A stretch of 32,000 nucleotides of DNA. Source: Nostoc punctiforme PCC 73102 (GTDB taxonomy: Bacteria > Cyanobacteriota > Cyanobacteriia > Cyanobacteriales > Nostocaceae). Position 1 is the stretch's first letter; every line of letters starts with the position of its first letter. This document shows positions 24,805 to 32,000 of this stretch, piece by piece. The stretch spans positions 7,200,001-7,232,000 of the forward strand of contig NC_010628.1 in NCBI RefSeq assembly GCF_000020025.1. The letters run 5' to 3'. Both the position numbers and the translations under genes were made by a program. Under the pieces are notes generated by a model. The model saw nothing but the letters and a program-made list of their open reading frames with translations, did not search any database and was not told the origin of the DNA.

Positions 24805-25167
24805 ATGAGCGCTCAAGAGATTATCCGCTCCATTGAAGCGGAACAGCTAAAATCAAATTTGCCCGACATTTATGTGGGCGACACCGTAAAAGTAGGAGTG
24901 AAAATTAAAGAAGGCGAAAAATACCGGGTACAACCCTACGAAGGAGTAGTGATTGCCAAACGCAATGGTGGCATCAACGAAACTATTACAGTCCGTAAGG
25001 TTTTTCAAGGTGTAGGCGTTGAGCGCGTATTTCTGTTGCATTCTCCCCGGATTGACAGCATCAAGGTATTACGTCGCGGTAAAGTCCGCCGTGCTAAACT
25101 GTATTATCTCCGCGATCGCGTAGGTAAGGCAACCCGGATTAAGCAACGGTTTGACCGCCCTTTGTGA
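24805..25167 (+). CDS. rplS: 50S ribosomal protein L19
   Basis: 120 aa with [47 protein letters not shown]...[24 protein letters not shown], a classic L19 sequence. Confidence 0.95.
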   Translation: MSAQEIIRSIEAEQLKSNLPDIYVGDTVKVGVKIKEGEKYRVQPYEGVVIAKRNGGINETITVRKVFQGVGVERVFLLHSPRIDSIKVLRRGKVRRAKLYYLRDRVGKATRIKQRFDRPL

Positions 25168-25199
25168 TTCGTGCTTCTTTCATTATGGGAGAAATCTCA

Positions 25200-25228
25200 A
25201 GCGGCATCTGCCGCTAACTTGTTTTCTC
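25200..25228 (+). terminator. possible rplS terminator
   Basis: Stem AGCGGC/GCCGCT (25200-25215) with loop ATCT, followed by aacttgttttctc. Both the stem and the T-tract are modest. Confidence 0.4.
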
Positions 25229-25313
25229 AATGAAATTGAAGTATGATAGAAATCGCGTGTTGCGTTAAGCTAAAATTTAGTTCAGCGCAATAAGTGAATA
25301 AAAAACAGCTTGT

Positions 25314-25386
25314 GCGCTCTTAGTTCAGTTGGTAGAACGCAGGTCTCCAAAACCTGATGTCGGGGGTTCAAGTCCTCCAGGGCGCG
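25314..25386 (+). tRNA. trnW: tRNA-Trp (anticodon CCA)
   Basis: A 73-nt cloverleaf folded by hand. The acceptor is GCGCTCT/AGGGCGC and the D arm is GTTC-AGTTGGTA-GAAC. The anticodon arm is CAGGT-CTCCAAA-ACCTG, with CCA at 25347-25349. The variable loop is ATGTC, the T arm is GGGGG-TTCAAGT-CCTCC, and the discriminator is G. The 3' CCA is not encoded. Confidence 0.95.
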
Positions 25387-25406
25387 CTCAAGAGCAAAAA
25401 ATAAAG

Positions 25407-25459
25407 CCCGAAATAATTACGCAACTGCTAATATAGCAGTTAGTGATAATAATTTCGGG
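25407..25459. other. 53-nt nested hairpin just downstream of tRNA-Trp
   Basis: Outer stem cccgaaat(a)atta / taat(a)atttcggg, inner stem aactgcta / tagcagtt, with a 3-nt loop. On the minus strand it is followed by CTTTATTTTTTG. Confidence 0.6.
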
Positions 25460-25533
25460 TAAACTTATTGTATTTGCAGTTGTTTTGCTTTCAATTAAGT
25501 AAAATAGAGTCGAAACTGCAAAACTGGAAGAAC

Positions 25534-25739
25534 AAATTTTAGATTTTAAATTTTAGATTTTGGTGAAGCAGCCCGGTCTTCTCTACGAAACGCTTCGCTA
25601 AGGGGTTTTCCCCCATGAGTGACTGCTGACCCCGAAGGGATAGACAAAAAATCAAAATAAATGCACAACCTAGAATCTGAAGTTAAATACCTTTGCCTTA
25701 AAGCATAGGGTAAATCTAAAATCAAAAATCCAAAATTGA
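25534..25739. repeat. MITE-like composite: AAATTTT/AGATTTT heptamers and their complement (AAATCTA/AAATCAA) flanking an SDR-like core
   Basis: The left array is AAATTTT AGATTTT AAATTTT AGATTTT (25534-25561) and the right array is AAATCTA AAATCAA AAATCCA AAATTGA (25712-25739). The core contains cttctctacgaaacgcttcgctaagg, which is related to the motifs in the cores at 1696-1770 and 6992-7126. Confidence 0.7.
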
Positions 25740-25764
25740 GTAAGAAACGGGGGGATAAAGGGTC

Positions 25765-25986
25765 GTGGCCAAAAAAAGTGAAGCAGAATTGCCAGAAAAC
25801 ACAAATGGTTTTAGCTTAGGCAACTTCATACAGGGAACCAAAGAAGAACTTGACAAAGTAGTTTGGCCCAGTCGGAAGCAGATAGTGAGCGAATCCGCTG
25901 CTGTGTTGTTAATGGTGGCACTCTCCGCATCTTTGATATACTTGGTCGATGGATTGTTTGGTTGGGCAGCAAAACAGGTGTTCTGA
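25765..25986 (+). CDS. secE: preprotein translocase subunit SecE
   Basis: 73 aa with a GTG start. A single C-terminal TM follows the conserved ...EELDKVVWPSRKQIVSESAAVLLMVALSASLIYLVD. It has the canonical position upstream of nusG. Confidence 0.9.
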   Translation: MAKKSEAELPENTNGFSLGNFIQGTKEELDKVVWPSRKQIVSESAAVLLMVALSASLIYLVDGLFGWAAKQVF

Positions 25987-26627
25987 TGACTTTTGCAACA
26001 GACGAACCTCGCAACTCCACGTTGCAGTCGGAGGAAACAGGAGAAACAGCAGAAGCAGCGTCAAAAGAAGCACGCTGGTATGCTGTACAAGTAGCTTCAG
26101 GCTGTGAAAAGCGTGTAAAGACTAACTTGGAGCAACGTATTCAAACTTTTGATGTAGCTGACAAAATTATCCAGGTAGAAATTCCGCAAACGCCAGCGGT
26201 GAAAATTCGCAAAGATGGCAGTCGCCAGCATACAGAAGAAAAAGTTTTTCCTGGCTATGTGCTGGTGCGGATGATGATGGATGATGATACCTGGCAGGTG
26301 GTACGAAACACCTCTCATGTAATTAACTTTGTCGGTTCAGAACAAAAACGTGGTAGCAGTAAAGGTCGCGGTCATGTCCACCCCATACCACTGAGTTCTT
26401 CGGAAGTTGAACGTATATTCAAACAAACCAGCGAACAAGAAGCTGTTGTCAAAATTGACATGGCTACTGGTGATAAGATAATGGTGCTTTCTGGTCCATT
26501 TAAAGACTTTGAAGGCGAGGTAATTGAAGTCTCTCCAGAACGGAGTAAACTTAAAGCCTTGCTCTCAATTTTCGGCAGGGATACACCAGTAGAATTGGAA
26601 TTTAATCAGGTAGAGAAACAGAGTTAA
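25986..26627 (+). CDS. nusG: transcription termination/antitermination factor NusG
   Basis: 213 aa from ATG 25986, overlapping the secE stop by 1 nt (TGATG). The NGN domain reads RWYAVQVASGCEKRVKTNLEQR and the KOW motif reads GDKIMVLSGPFKDFEGEVIEV. Confidence 0.93.
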   Translation: MTFATDEPRNSTLQSEETGETAEAASKEARWYAVQVASGCEKRVKTNLEQRIQTFDVADKIIQVEIPQTPAVKIRKDGSRQHTEEKVFPGYVLVRMMMDDDTWQVVRNTSHVINFVGSEQKRGSSKGRGHVHPIPLSSSEVERIFKQTSEQEAVVKIDMATGDKIMVLSGPFKDFEGEVIEVSPERSKLKALLSIFGRDTPVELEFNQVEKQS

Positions 26628-26633
26628 ATACAA

Positions 26634-27059
26634 ATGGCGAAGAAAGTAGTGGCGGTCATTAAACTGGCCCTGAATGCTGGAAAAGCCAACCCAGCACCGC
26701 CAGTTGGGCCCGCCTTGGGTCAACATGGCGTTAACATCATGATGTTCTGCAAGGAGTACAACGCCAAAACAGCAGACCAAGCTGGAATGGTGATACCAGT
26801 AGAAATTTCGGTTTTTGAAGACCGGAGTTTTACATTTGTACTCAAAACGCCACCAGCATCAGTGCTGATTAGAAAGGCGGCAAAAGTTGAAAAAGGCTCG
26901 AATGAACCCAACAAAAAGAAGGTTGGGTCAATTACTAAAGCCCAATTGCAAGAAATCGCCCAAACGAAACTCCCCGACCTCAATGCCAACGACATCGACG
27001 CGGCAATGAAGATTGTGGCAGGAACGGCTAAGAATATGGGTATAACAGTCAAAGATTAG
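26634..27059 (+). CDS. rplK: 50S ribosomal protein L11
   Basis: 141 aa with [35 protein letters not shown], the L11 signature. Confidence 0.96.
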   Translation: MAKKVVAVIKLALNAGKANPAPPVGPALGQHGVNIMMFCKEYNAKTADQAGMVIPVEISVFEDRSFTFVLKTPPASVLIRKAAKVEKGSNEPNKKKVGSITKAQLQEIAQTKLPDLNANDIDAAMKIVAGTAKNMGITVKD

Positions 27060-27157
27060 TCATTGGTCATCGGTCATTAGTCATTAGTAAAAAATCAACA
27101 AATGACATAGACGCGCCAGCGGCTTCCCGCAGGGTAGGACAGATGACAAAGGACTCA
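27058..27157. repeat. STRR heptamers (TCATTGG/TCATTAG) plus SDR-like insert in the rplK-rplA spacer
   Basis: agtcattggtcatcggtcattagtcattag ... caaatgacatagacgcgccagcggcttcccgcagggtaggacagatgacaaaggactcat. Confidence 0.75.
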
Positions 27158-27212
27158 TAAAAAAAATTATCGGGGGAGAGGCGAGGCTTCGGAATTACCC
27201 CAGGAGAAAAAA

Positions 27213-27926
27213 ATGGCAAAAATATCGCGTCGTTTGCAGACGCTGCAAGCAAAAGTAGAAGATAAGGATTATCATCCTTTAGAAGCTTTAGCCCTTCTCA
27301 AAGACACAGCAACAGCTAAATTTGTTGAAGCAGCCGAAGCGCATATCCGGCTGGGAATTGACCCCAAATATACAGACCAACAGTTGCGGACAACGGTAGC
27401 ACTGCCTAAAGGTACAGGACAAATTGTTCGGGTGGCGGTGATAGCCAGAGGCGAAAAGGTAAACGAAGCCAGCAACGCTGGGGCTGATATAGTCGGATCA
27501 GAAGAACTGATTGACGAAATCCAGAAAGGTAGAATGGATTTTGACAAGCTGATTGCCACACCAGATGTGATGCCACAGGTGGCAAAGCTAGGTAAGTTGC
27601 TAGGTCCCCGTGGTTTGATGCCATCGCCCAAAGGTGGAACCGTAACATTTGATATAGCAAGTGCGATCGCAGAATTCAAAGCTGGTAAATTAGAATTCCG
27701 AGCTGACAGAACTGGTATCGTTCATGTTATGTTTGGTAAGACAACCTTCTCGCCTGAAGATTTGTTAGTCAACCTGAAGGCATTGCAGGAGACGATTGAC
27801 CGTAACCGTCCTTCAGGAGCTAAAGGTCGTTATTGGCGCACATTTTATGTGTCAGCCACAATGGGGCCATCGATTAAAATTGATGTCACTGCCCTACGAG
27901 ATTTAAAACTGAGCGAAGTAGGTTAA
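27213..27926 (+). CDS. rplA: 50S ribosomal protein L1
   Basis: 237 aa with [33 protein letters not shown]...[20 protein letters not shown] lies upstream of the ATG. Confidence 0.96.
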   Translation: MAKISRRLQTLQAKVEDKDYHPLEALALLKDTATAKFVEAAEAHIRLGIDPKYTDQQLRTTVALPKGTGQIVRVAVIARGEKVNEASNAGADIVGSEELIDEIQKGRMDFDKLIATPDVMPQVAKLGKLLGPRGLMPSPKGGTVTFDIASAIAEFKAGKLEFRADRTGIVHVMFGKTTFSPEDLLVNLKALQETIDRNRPSGAKGRYWRTFYVSATMGPSIKIDVTALRDLKLSEVG

Positions 27927-27930
27927 TTTT

Positions 27931-27970
27931 TAGTCATTAGTCATTTGTAAAGGCAAAAGACAAATGGCTA
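27931..27970. repeat. short inverted heptamer pair (TAGTCAT TAGTCAT TTG ... GACAAATGGCTA)
   Basis: tagtcattagtcatttg (27931-27947) and caaaagacaaatggcta (27953-27969), located 5 nt after the rplA stop. Confidence 0.6.
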
Positions 27971-28106
27971 ATTACAAAATCGAATAGGCAAAGCCGGAGA
28001 CAGCAGGTGCTAATAGCTTAAATACCCTGCCGAGGTTAAAACTCTAATTGTCAAAATTACCACCCATAAAGGCGTGATAACTATGGCATCACGAGTCTTA
28101 ATACTC

Positions 28107-28140
28107 AACCCCGGCTAATATTAGCCGGGGTTTGTTGTTT
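28107..28140 (+). terminator. intrinsic terminator/attenuator in the rplJ leader
   Basis: AACCCCGGCTAA-TA-TTAGCCGGGGTT (12-bp inverted repeat, 28107-28132; apical A-T pairs must open to form a loop) followed by TTTGTTGTTT, 70 nt upstream of the rplJ ATG. Confidence 0.8.
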
Positions 28141-28210
28141 GGGTTTTCAGGTTTAAAAGAAACATACAAGTAGGGCACTTCCCCGATTATTTTAAGGAGG
28201 TGAGATTGGA

Positions 28211-28825
28211 ATGGGTAGAACACTAGAAAATAAAAAAGAAATAGTAGCTGACCTCAAAGAAACTTTGAGTGAGTCAACTCTGGCACTGGTAATTGACTAT
28301 CAGGGGCTAACAGTTTCGGAAATCACAGACTTACGGCGGCGGCTACGTCCTAGTGGCACTGTTTGTAAGGTGACGAAGAACACCCTGATGGGCATTGCCA
28401 TTGAAGGTGATGAGAAATGGCAGCCTTTGTCGGAATTGCTCAATGGTTCTTCCGCCTTTTTGCTGGTAAAAGATGATTTTTCATCGGCAATTAAGGCATA
28501 CCAAGAATTCCAAAAAGTTACCAAGAAAACAGAACTTCGTGGTGGTGTCCTGGAAGGTCGCCTACTCAAAGAACCTGATGTCAAGGTACTGGGAGACTTG
28601 CCATCTAAGGAACAACTCATCGCGCAAATCGCTGGGGCTATCAACGCCTTGGCTACCAAGATTGCTGTGGGTATCAACGAAGTTCCTGGTTCACTGGCTC
28701 GTGCTTTGAAGGCTGTGTCCGACCAAGAACAAAGTGGTGGTAGCACCGAAACTGCTGCTGTACAAGATAGCAGCGCTGAAACCGCTACTGAAGATAATAG
28801 CAGTACTGAACCTGCTGCTGAATAG
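28211..28825 (+). CDS. rplJ: 50S ribosomal protein L10 (with low-complexity acidic C-terminal extension)
   Basis: 204 aa with [39 protein letters not shown], typical of L10. AAGGAGG lies upstream. The tail from S170 ([35 protein letters not shown]) is not part of the conserved L10 fold. Confidence 0.95.
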   Translation: MGRTLENKKEIVADLKETLSESTLALVIDYQGLTVSEITDLRRRLRPSGTVCKVTKNTLMGIAIEGDEKWQPLSELLNGSSAFLLVKDDFSSAIKAYQEFQKVTKKTELRGGVLEGRLLKEPDVKVLGDLPSKEQLIAQIAGAINALATKIAVGINEVPGSLARALKAVSDQEQSGGSTETAAVQDSSAETATEDNSSTEPAAE

Positions 28826-28840
28826 ACTTTGTGGTTCATC

Positions 28841-28889
28841 AGTCAAGAGTCAAAAGTCTATAGTTAAAGACCAATGACCGATGACAAAT
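28841..28889. repeat. heptamer-type repeats in the rplJ-rplL spacer
   Basis: agtcaagagtcaaaagtcta...gaccaatgaccgatgacaaat (GACCAAT GACCGAT GACAAAT). Confidence 0.6.
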
Positions 28890-28918
28890 AAATAATCAAA
28901 ATTACAGGAGTTATATCA

Positions 28919-29311
28919 ATGTCTGCTGCAACCGATCAAATTTTAGAACAACTAAAAACCCTTTCTTTGCTGGAAGCTTCTGAGCTAGTCAAGCAAATTG
29001 AAGAAGCTTTTGGCGTAAGTGCTGCTGCACCTGTTGGCGGTATGATGATGATGGCTGGTCCTGGTGGTGCTGCTCCGGCTGAAGAAGCTGTTGAGCAAAC
29101 CGAGTTTGAAGTGATTCTCGATTCAGTCCCAGCTGATAAGAAGATTGCTGTGCTGAAGATTGTCCGCGAATTGACCGGTTTGGGTCTGAAAGAAGCGAAA
29201 GACTTGGTAGAAGCTGCACCAAAGGCAGTTAAAGAAGGTATTGCTAAGGATGCTGCTGAAGATGCTAAGAAACGCATCGAAGAAGCTGGCGGTAAGGTGA
29301 CTATTAAGTAG
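28919..29311 (+). CDS. rplL: 50S ribosomal protein L7/L12
   Basis: 130 aa. An N-terminal dimerisation helix is followed by an Ala/Pro/Gly hinge, then the C-terminal domain [33 protein letters not shown]. Confidence 0.97.
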   Translation: MSAATDQILEQLKTLSLLEASELVKQIEEAFGVSAAAPVGGMMMMAGPGGAAPAEEAVEQTEFEVILDSVPADKKIAVLKIVRELTGLGLKEAKDLVEAAPKAVKEGIAKDAAEDAKKRIEEAGGKVTIK

Positions 29312-29341
29312 TCACAATTCTATTAGCAATTTTTATATTAA

Positions 29342-29368
29342 GGAGTCTGAGTCAGGCTCCTTTTTTTA
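29342..29368 (+). terminator. rho-independent terminator of the rplKAJL cluster
   Basis: Stem AGGAGTC/GGCTCCT (one G-U pair), a 7-nt loop, then a T7 run, 31 nt after the rplL stop. Confidence 0.8.
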
Positions 29369-29563
29369 TCGAAACGAATTCAGAATTGTAACTGAAAAAT
29401 AGTTATAACTCTGCCAAGTGGACAAGATAATTTTAACTTAGCAGGCGATTGATGCGATCGCGCTTCACATTCAAGGATGGTAATAAATTTCTATTCAAAG
29501 AAGGGTTAAGGATGTAAAACAACAATAATTTACACCCAAACTCCTAAGTCTAAGTCCTAAATT

Positions 29564-29893
29564 TTATGCTTCTTCTGAATTTTCACTCTTACGTCCTGGG
29601 GATGCTTCGTAAAGTGCATCTAGATGTTGACGCGCATCTTCAACGTTAATCGAACGCATTACCAAAAGCGGCTCTTTAATCAAGTTACCCGCGCTATCTA
29701 ATAACTCTGGATGTGGTACAAACTGTTTTTTTGATGAATAATAACCGTATTTACCTTGATTATTGATTGGCGAGGAATTGGTTGGGTAAGTCCGCTCGCG
29801 ATCAAAACTGAACACGATCAGGTTACGAATTAAGTTGCCAACAGCCATAAATGCAAGGATTGTAAAAGCAAGGATGTAAAGCAGGTGTAACAT
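29564..29893 (-). CDS. hypothetical membrane-anchored protein (cyanobacteria-type conserved hypothetical)
   Basis: 109 aa with an N-terminal TM helix MLHLLYILAFTILAFMAVGNLI and then a soluble tail. I cannot assign a function. Confidence 0.55.
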   Translation of the reverse strand: MLHLLYILAFTILAFMAVGNLIRNLIVFSFDRERTYPTNSSPINNQGKYGYYSSKKQFVPHPELLDSAGNLIKEPLLVMRSINVEDARQHLDALYEASPGRKSENSEEA

Positions 29894-30192
29894 TAGATTT
29901 TCCTCCAGAACAGCAATTTTTAAAACTTTATTTTGTAACGCTTTGTTTCGCCGATACTGTGACTCACAGTTAAGATGACTATTTGACGCACTTTTGTGCG
30001 CTTACATTTATATGAAGCTATTTGTCAACCGTTATTTCACTTACGGTAGCATAGGATACATTATCTTGTTAATCCAAATAATGTTAAGAAATTGTTAAGC
30101 TTTTTCTACTATCTCTTTGTTGACTGATTTAGCGTTTTGCTGTTAGACATTGCTAAATAGCCTGCGGAAATTTAACAGATGCTCCCATCTGT

Positions 30193-30510
30193 TTAGACTT
30201 CACGCTCTTGACGAAAGCGCATTGCGACATTCCAGCATTCTGTTACTAATTGATGCCAAGGCATTAACGTTGCCATATCAATTCCGACTTGTTTATCGGT
30301 AGCAGCAAAGAGCATCTTTGCTGTACTTAGTTCTTCTTGCGCTTGTTTAACACGTAAGAGCAAATCAGATTGTTCTTGGTCACTCATAAATGATAGCTGC
30401 TCAGTTTCGAGTAAATGGCGCGATCGCGTAAACCAATGCTGAAAATCTTCTAGCAGGGGTTCTAAAACCGTTTTCAGCAACTCAGTCCCTGGTAAATTTG
30501 AGTCTGACAT
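30193..30510 (-). CDS. hypothetical helical protein (cyanobacteria-type conserved hypothetical)
   Basis: 105 aa from ATG 30510 (MSDSNLPGTELLKTVLEPLLEDFQHWF...). The 7 upstream codons of the track ORF are ignored. No family assigned. Confidence 0.5.
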   Translation of the reverse strand: MSDSNLPGTELLKTVLEPLLEDFQHWFTRSRHLLETEQLSFMSDQEQSDLLLRVKQAQEELSTAKMLFAATDKQVGIDMATLMPWHQLVTECWNVAMRFRQEREV

Positions 30511-30959
30511 AAATAAGAAGGATTTTTCCAACTTTCTTACTAATATTAACGTTATTTACGTTTCTTAATATTATTTTTATTTATTATAATCTAATAATTT
30601 TGGAAAATCTAAGAAAATGTAACAAATAGCACAGATTTTATTATATAGTCTTGCTAACGGGTCTGTACAGTTCCTTTGGAGAGACCGTATATATATCGAA
30701 TGGGGGGGGTAGCTGACACCGAGTTGCAATTCATAAGATAATTTAGCGATGTCTACGACGGGCTACGCCTACGCCTGGAATCCTGAATTTAATACTCAGC
30801 TAACCGATCAAAAATTTATCTTTATCCCCAGCGAAAAATTAATTCGGTAGTTGGAAGATAAAGCTGAACTGGCAAAAACTAAAGTCGTTATAGTTGAGTA
30901 AGCCTACAGATTCAGATAAATCACCTTTTGTAATCACCTCGCCAACGGTTCAGCAGCCA

Positions 30960-32000
30960 ATGTCGCCAAATTCATCAAATCAATCACAACAGTCAGAACA
31001 AGTTGAAAAAATCTATTTACCGCGTACCAGCGAATCGGAGAATTTAAAAAAGATTCGTCACACTGCTTCCCATGTAATGGCAATGGCGGTACAAAAGCTG
31101 TTTCCCAAGGCGCAAGTTACAATCGGCCCTTGGATAGAAAACGGTTTTTACTATGACTTCGACAGTCCAGAACCATTTAGCGAAAACGATCTCAAAGCCA
31201 TCAAAAAAGAGATGGCGAAGATTATCAATCGCAAATTACCAGTAATTCGAGAAGAAGTCAGCCGAGAAGAAGCCGCACGCCGGATTCAGGAAATTAAGGA
31301 ACCTTATAAGCTAGAAATTCTGGCAGATATCAAAAACGAACCAATCACGATTTACCACCTGGGGAATGAATGGTGGGATTTGTGCGCGGGGCCTCATCTG
31401 GAAAATATCAGTGAATTAAACCCGAAAGCAATTGAATTAGAAAGTGTTGCTGGCGCTTATTGGCGTGGGGATGAAACTAAAGCTCAATTACAACGCATCT
31501 ACGCCACCGCTTGGGAAAGTCCAGAACAACTCGCTGAATATAAGCGGCGCAAAGAAGAAGCGCTACGGCGAGATCACCGGAAACTGGGTAAGGAACTGGG
31601 ATTATTTATATTTTCTGATCTAGTAGGGCCGGGTTTACCTTTGTGGACACCCAAAGGTACTTTGTTGCGGAGTACTTTAGAAGACTTCCTGAAGCAAGAA
31701 CAGGTAAAACGGGGTTATTTATCTGTAGTAACTCCTCACATTGCCAGAGTAGATTTATTTAAAACCTCTGGACATTGGCAGAAATATAAAGAAGATATGT
31801 TCCCCTTGATGGCAGATGATGAGGAAGCTGCTGCACAGGAACAGGGCTTCGTTATGAAGCCGATGAATTGCCCTTTCCACATCCAAATATATAAGAGTGA
31901 ATTACGCTCTTATCGGGAACTACCAATGCGACTGGCGGAATTTGGTACTGTTTACCGCTACGAACAATCAGGCGAATTGGGTGGTTTAACGCGGGTGCGC
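30960..32000 (+). CDS. thrS: threonine--tRNA ligase, 3'-partial (runs off the window)
   Basis: Translated by hand from ATG 30960 and open for 347 codons to the window end. This ORF is absent from the ORF track because no stop is reached. It contains the editing-domain motif IRHTASHVMAMAVQKLFP...GPWIENGFYYDF, then DHRKLGKELGLF and MKPMNCPFHIQIY...RLAEFGTVYRYEQSGEL. Confidence 0.93.
   Translation, partial: MSPNSSNQSQQSEQVEKIYLPRTSESENLKKIRHTASHVMAMAVQKLFPKAQVTIGPWIENGFYYDFDSPEPFSENDLKAIKKEMAKIINRKLPVIREEVSREEAARRIQEIKEPYKLEILADIKNEPITIYHLGNEWWDLCAGPHLENISELNPKAIELESVAGAYWRGDETKAQLQRIYATAWESPEQLAEYKRRKEEALRRDHRKLGKELGLFIFSDLVGPGLPLWTPKGTLLRSTLEDFLKQEQVKRGYLSVVTPHIARVDLFKTSGHWQKYKEDMFPLMADDEEAAAQEQGFVMKPMNCPFHIQIYKSELRSYRELPMRLAEFGTVYRYEQSGELGGLTRVR

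Noticed and set aside
25863-25985. N-terminal 41-codon extension of nusG given by the ORF track
   Set aside because: The extension lies inside secE in another frame. The ATG at 25986 gives the usual secE-nusG 1-nt overlap (TGATG) and a NusG N-terminus leading into the NGN domain.
28011-28018. TAATAGCT in the rplJ leader, identical to an 8-mer I recall from the 23S rRNA GTPase-associated centre (L11-binding region)
   Set aside because: A single 8-mer match can arise by chance. The rRNA sequence is from memory and that region binds L11 rather than L10. It is not used as evidence.
28300-28839. 179-aa minus-strand ORF inside rplJ
   Set aside because: It lies entirely antisense to ribosomal protein L10 and has the Ser/Ala/Pro-rich shadow-frame composition. 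The antisense ORFs at 26720-27052 (rplK), 27272-27679 and 27406-27660 (rplA), and 28936-29277 and 28989-29222 (rplL) are rejected for the same reason.

Overview
This 32-kb window looks like chromosomal DNA from a filamentous, probably heterocyst-forming (Nostocales-like) cyanobacterium. The taxonomic call rests on three things: the HIP1 octamer GCGATCGC is scattered through genes and spacers, 7-nt STRR-type tandem repeats fill most intergenic regions, and the gene content is cyanobacterial (two class-C flavodiiron proteins, a CpcS/CpeS-type bilin lyase, an RRM/glycine-rich Rbp, PEP-CTERM proteins). Most of the window is housekeeping. It holds a 5'-partial family-5 ABC substrate-binding protein, larB, argH, a NUDIX hydrolase, an alpha/beta hydrolase, coaX, a flv3-type/flv1-type tandem, an MFP+RND efflux pair, rplS, tRNA-Trp(CCA), the secE-nusG-rplK-rplA-rplJ-rplL cluster, and the 5' part of thrS. 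The only accessory-looking stretch is about 20.2-24.7 kb. It contains a PEP-CTERM secreted protein, a GT4 and a GT2 glycosyltransferase, and between the two GT genes an overlapping two-gene cassette. That cassette pairs a RelE/ParE-like toxin with a 161-aa upstream partner I cannot place in any family, and the toxin appears to carry a 2-nt frameshift in a CACAC run. It is the best candidate here for something undescribed, but the evidence is motif-level only. Other points worth a second look: heptamer arrays kept in 7-nt phase and built as inverted G-rich/C-rich arms; MITE-like composites with small inserts nested in heptamer arrays, including inside the ribosomal-protein cluster spacers; an attenuator-like terminator in the rplJ leader; and an orphan antitoxin-like gene flanked by possible toxin remnants. 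I found no CRISPR array, rRNA, transposase or integrase. All family assignments come from reading the translations, and no database search was run.
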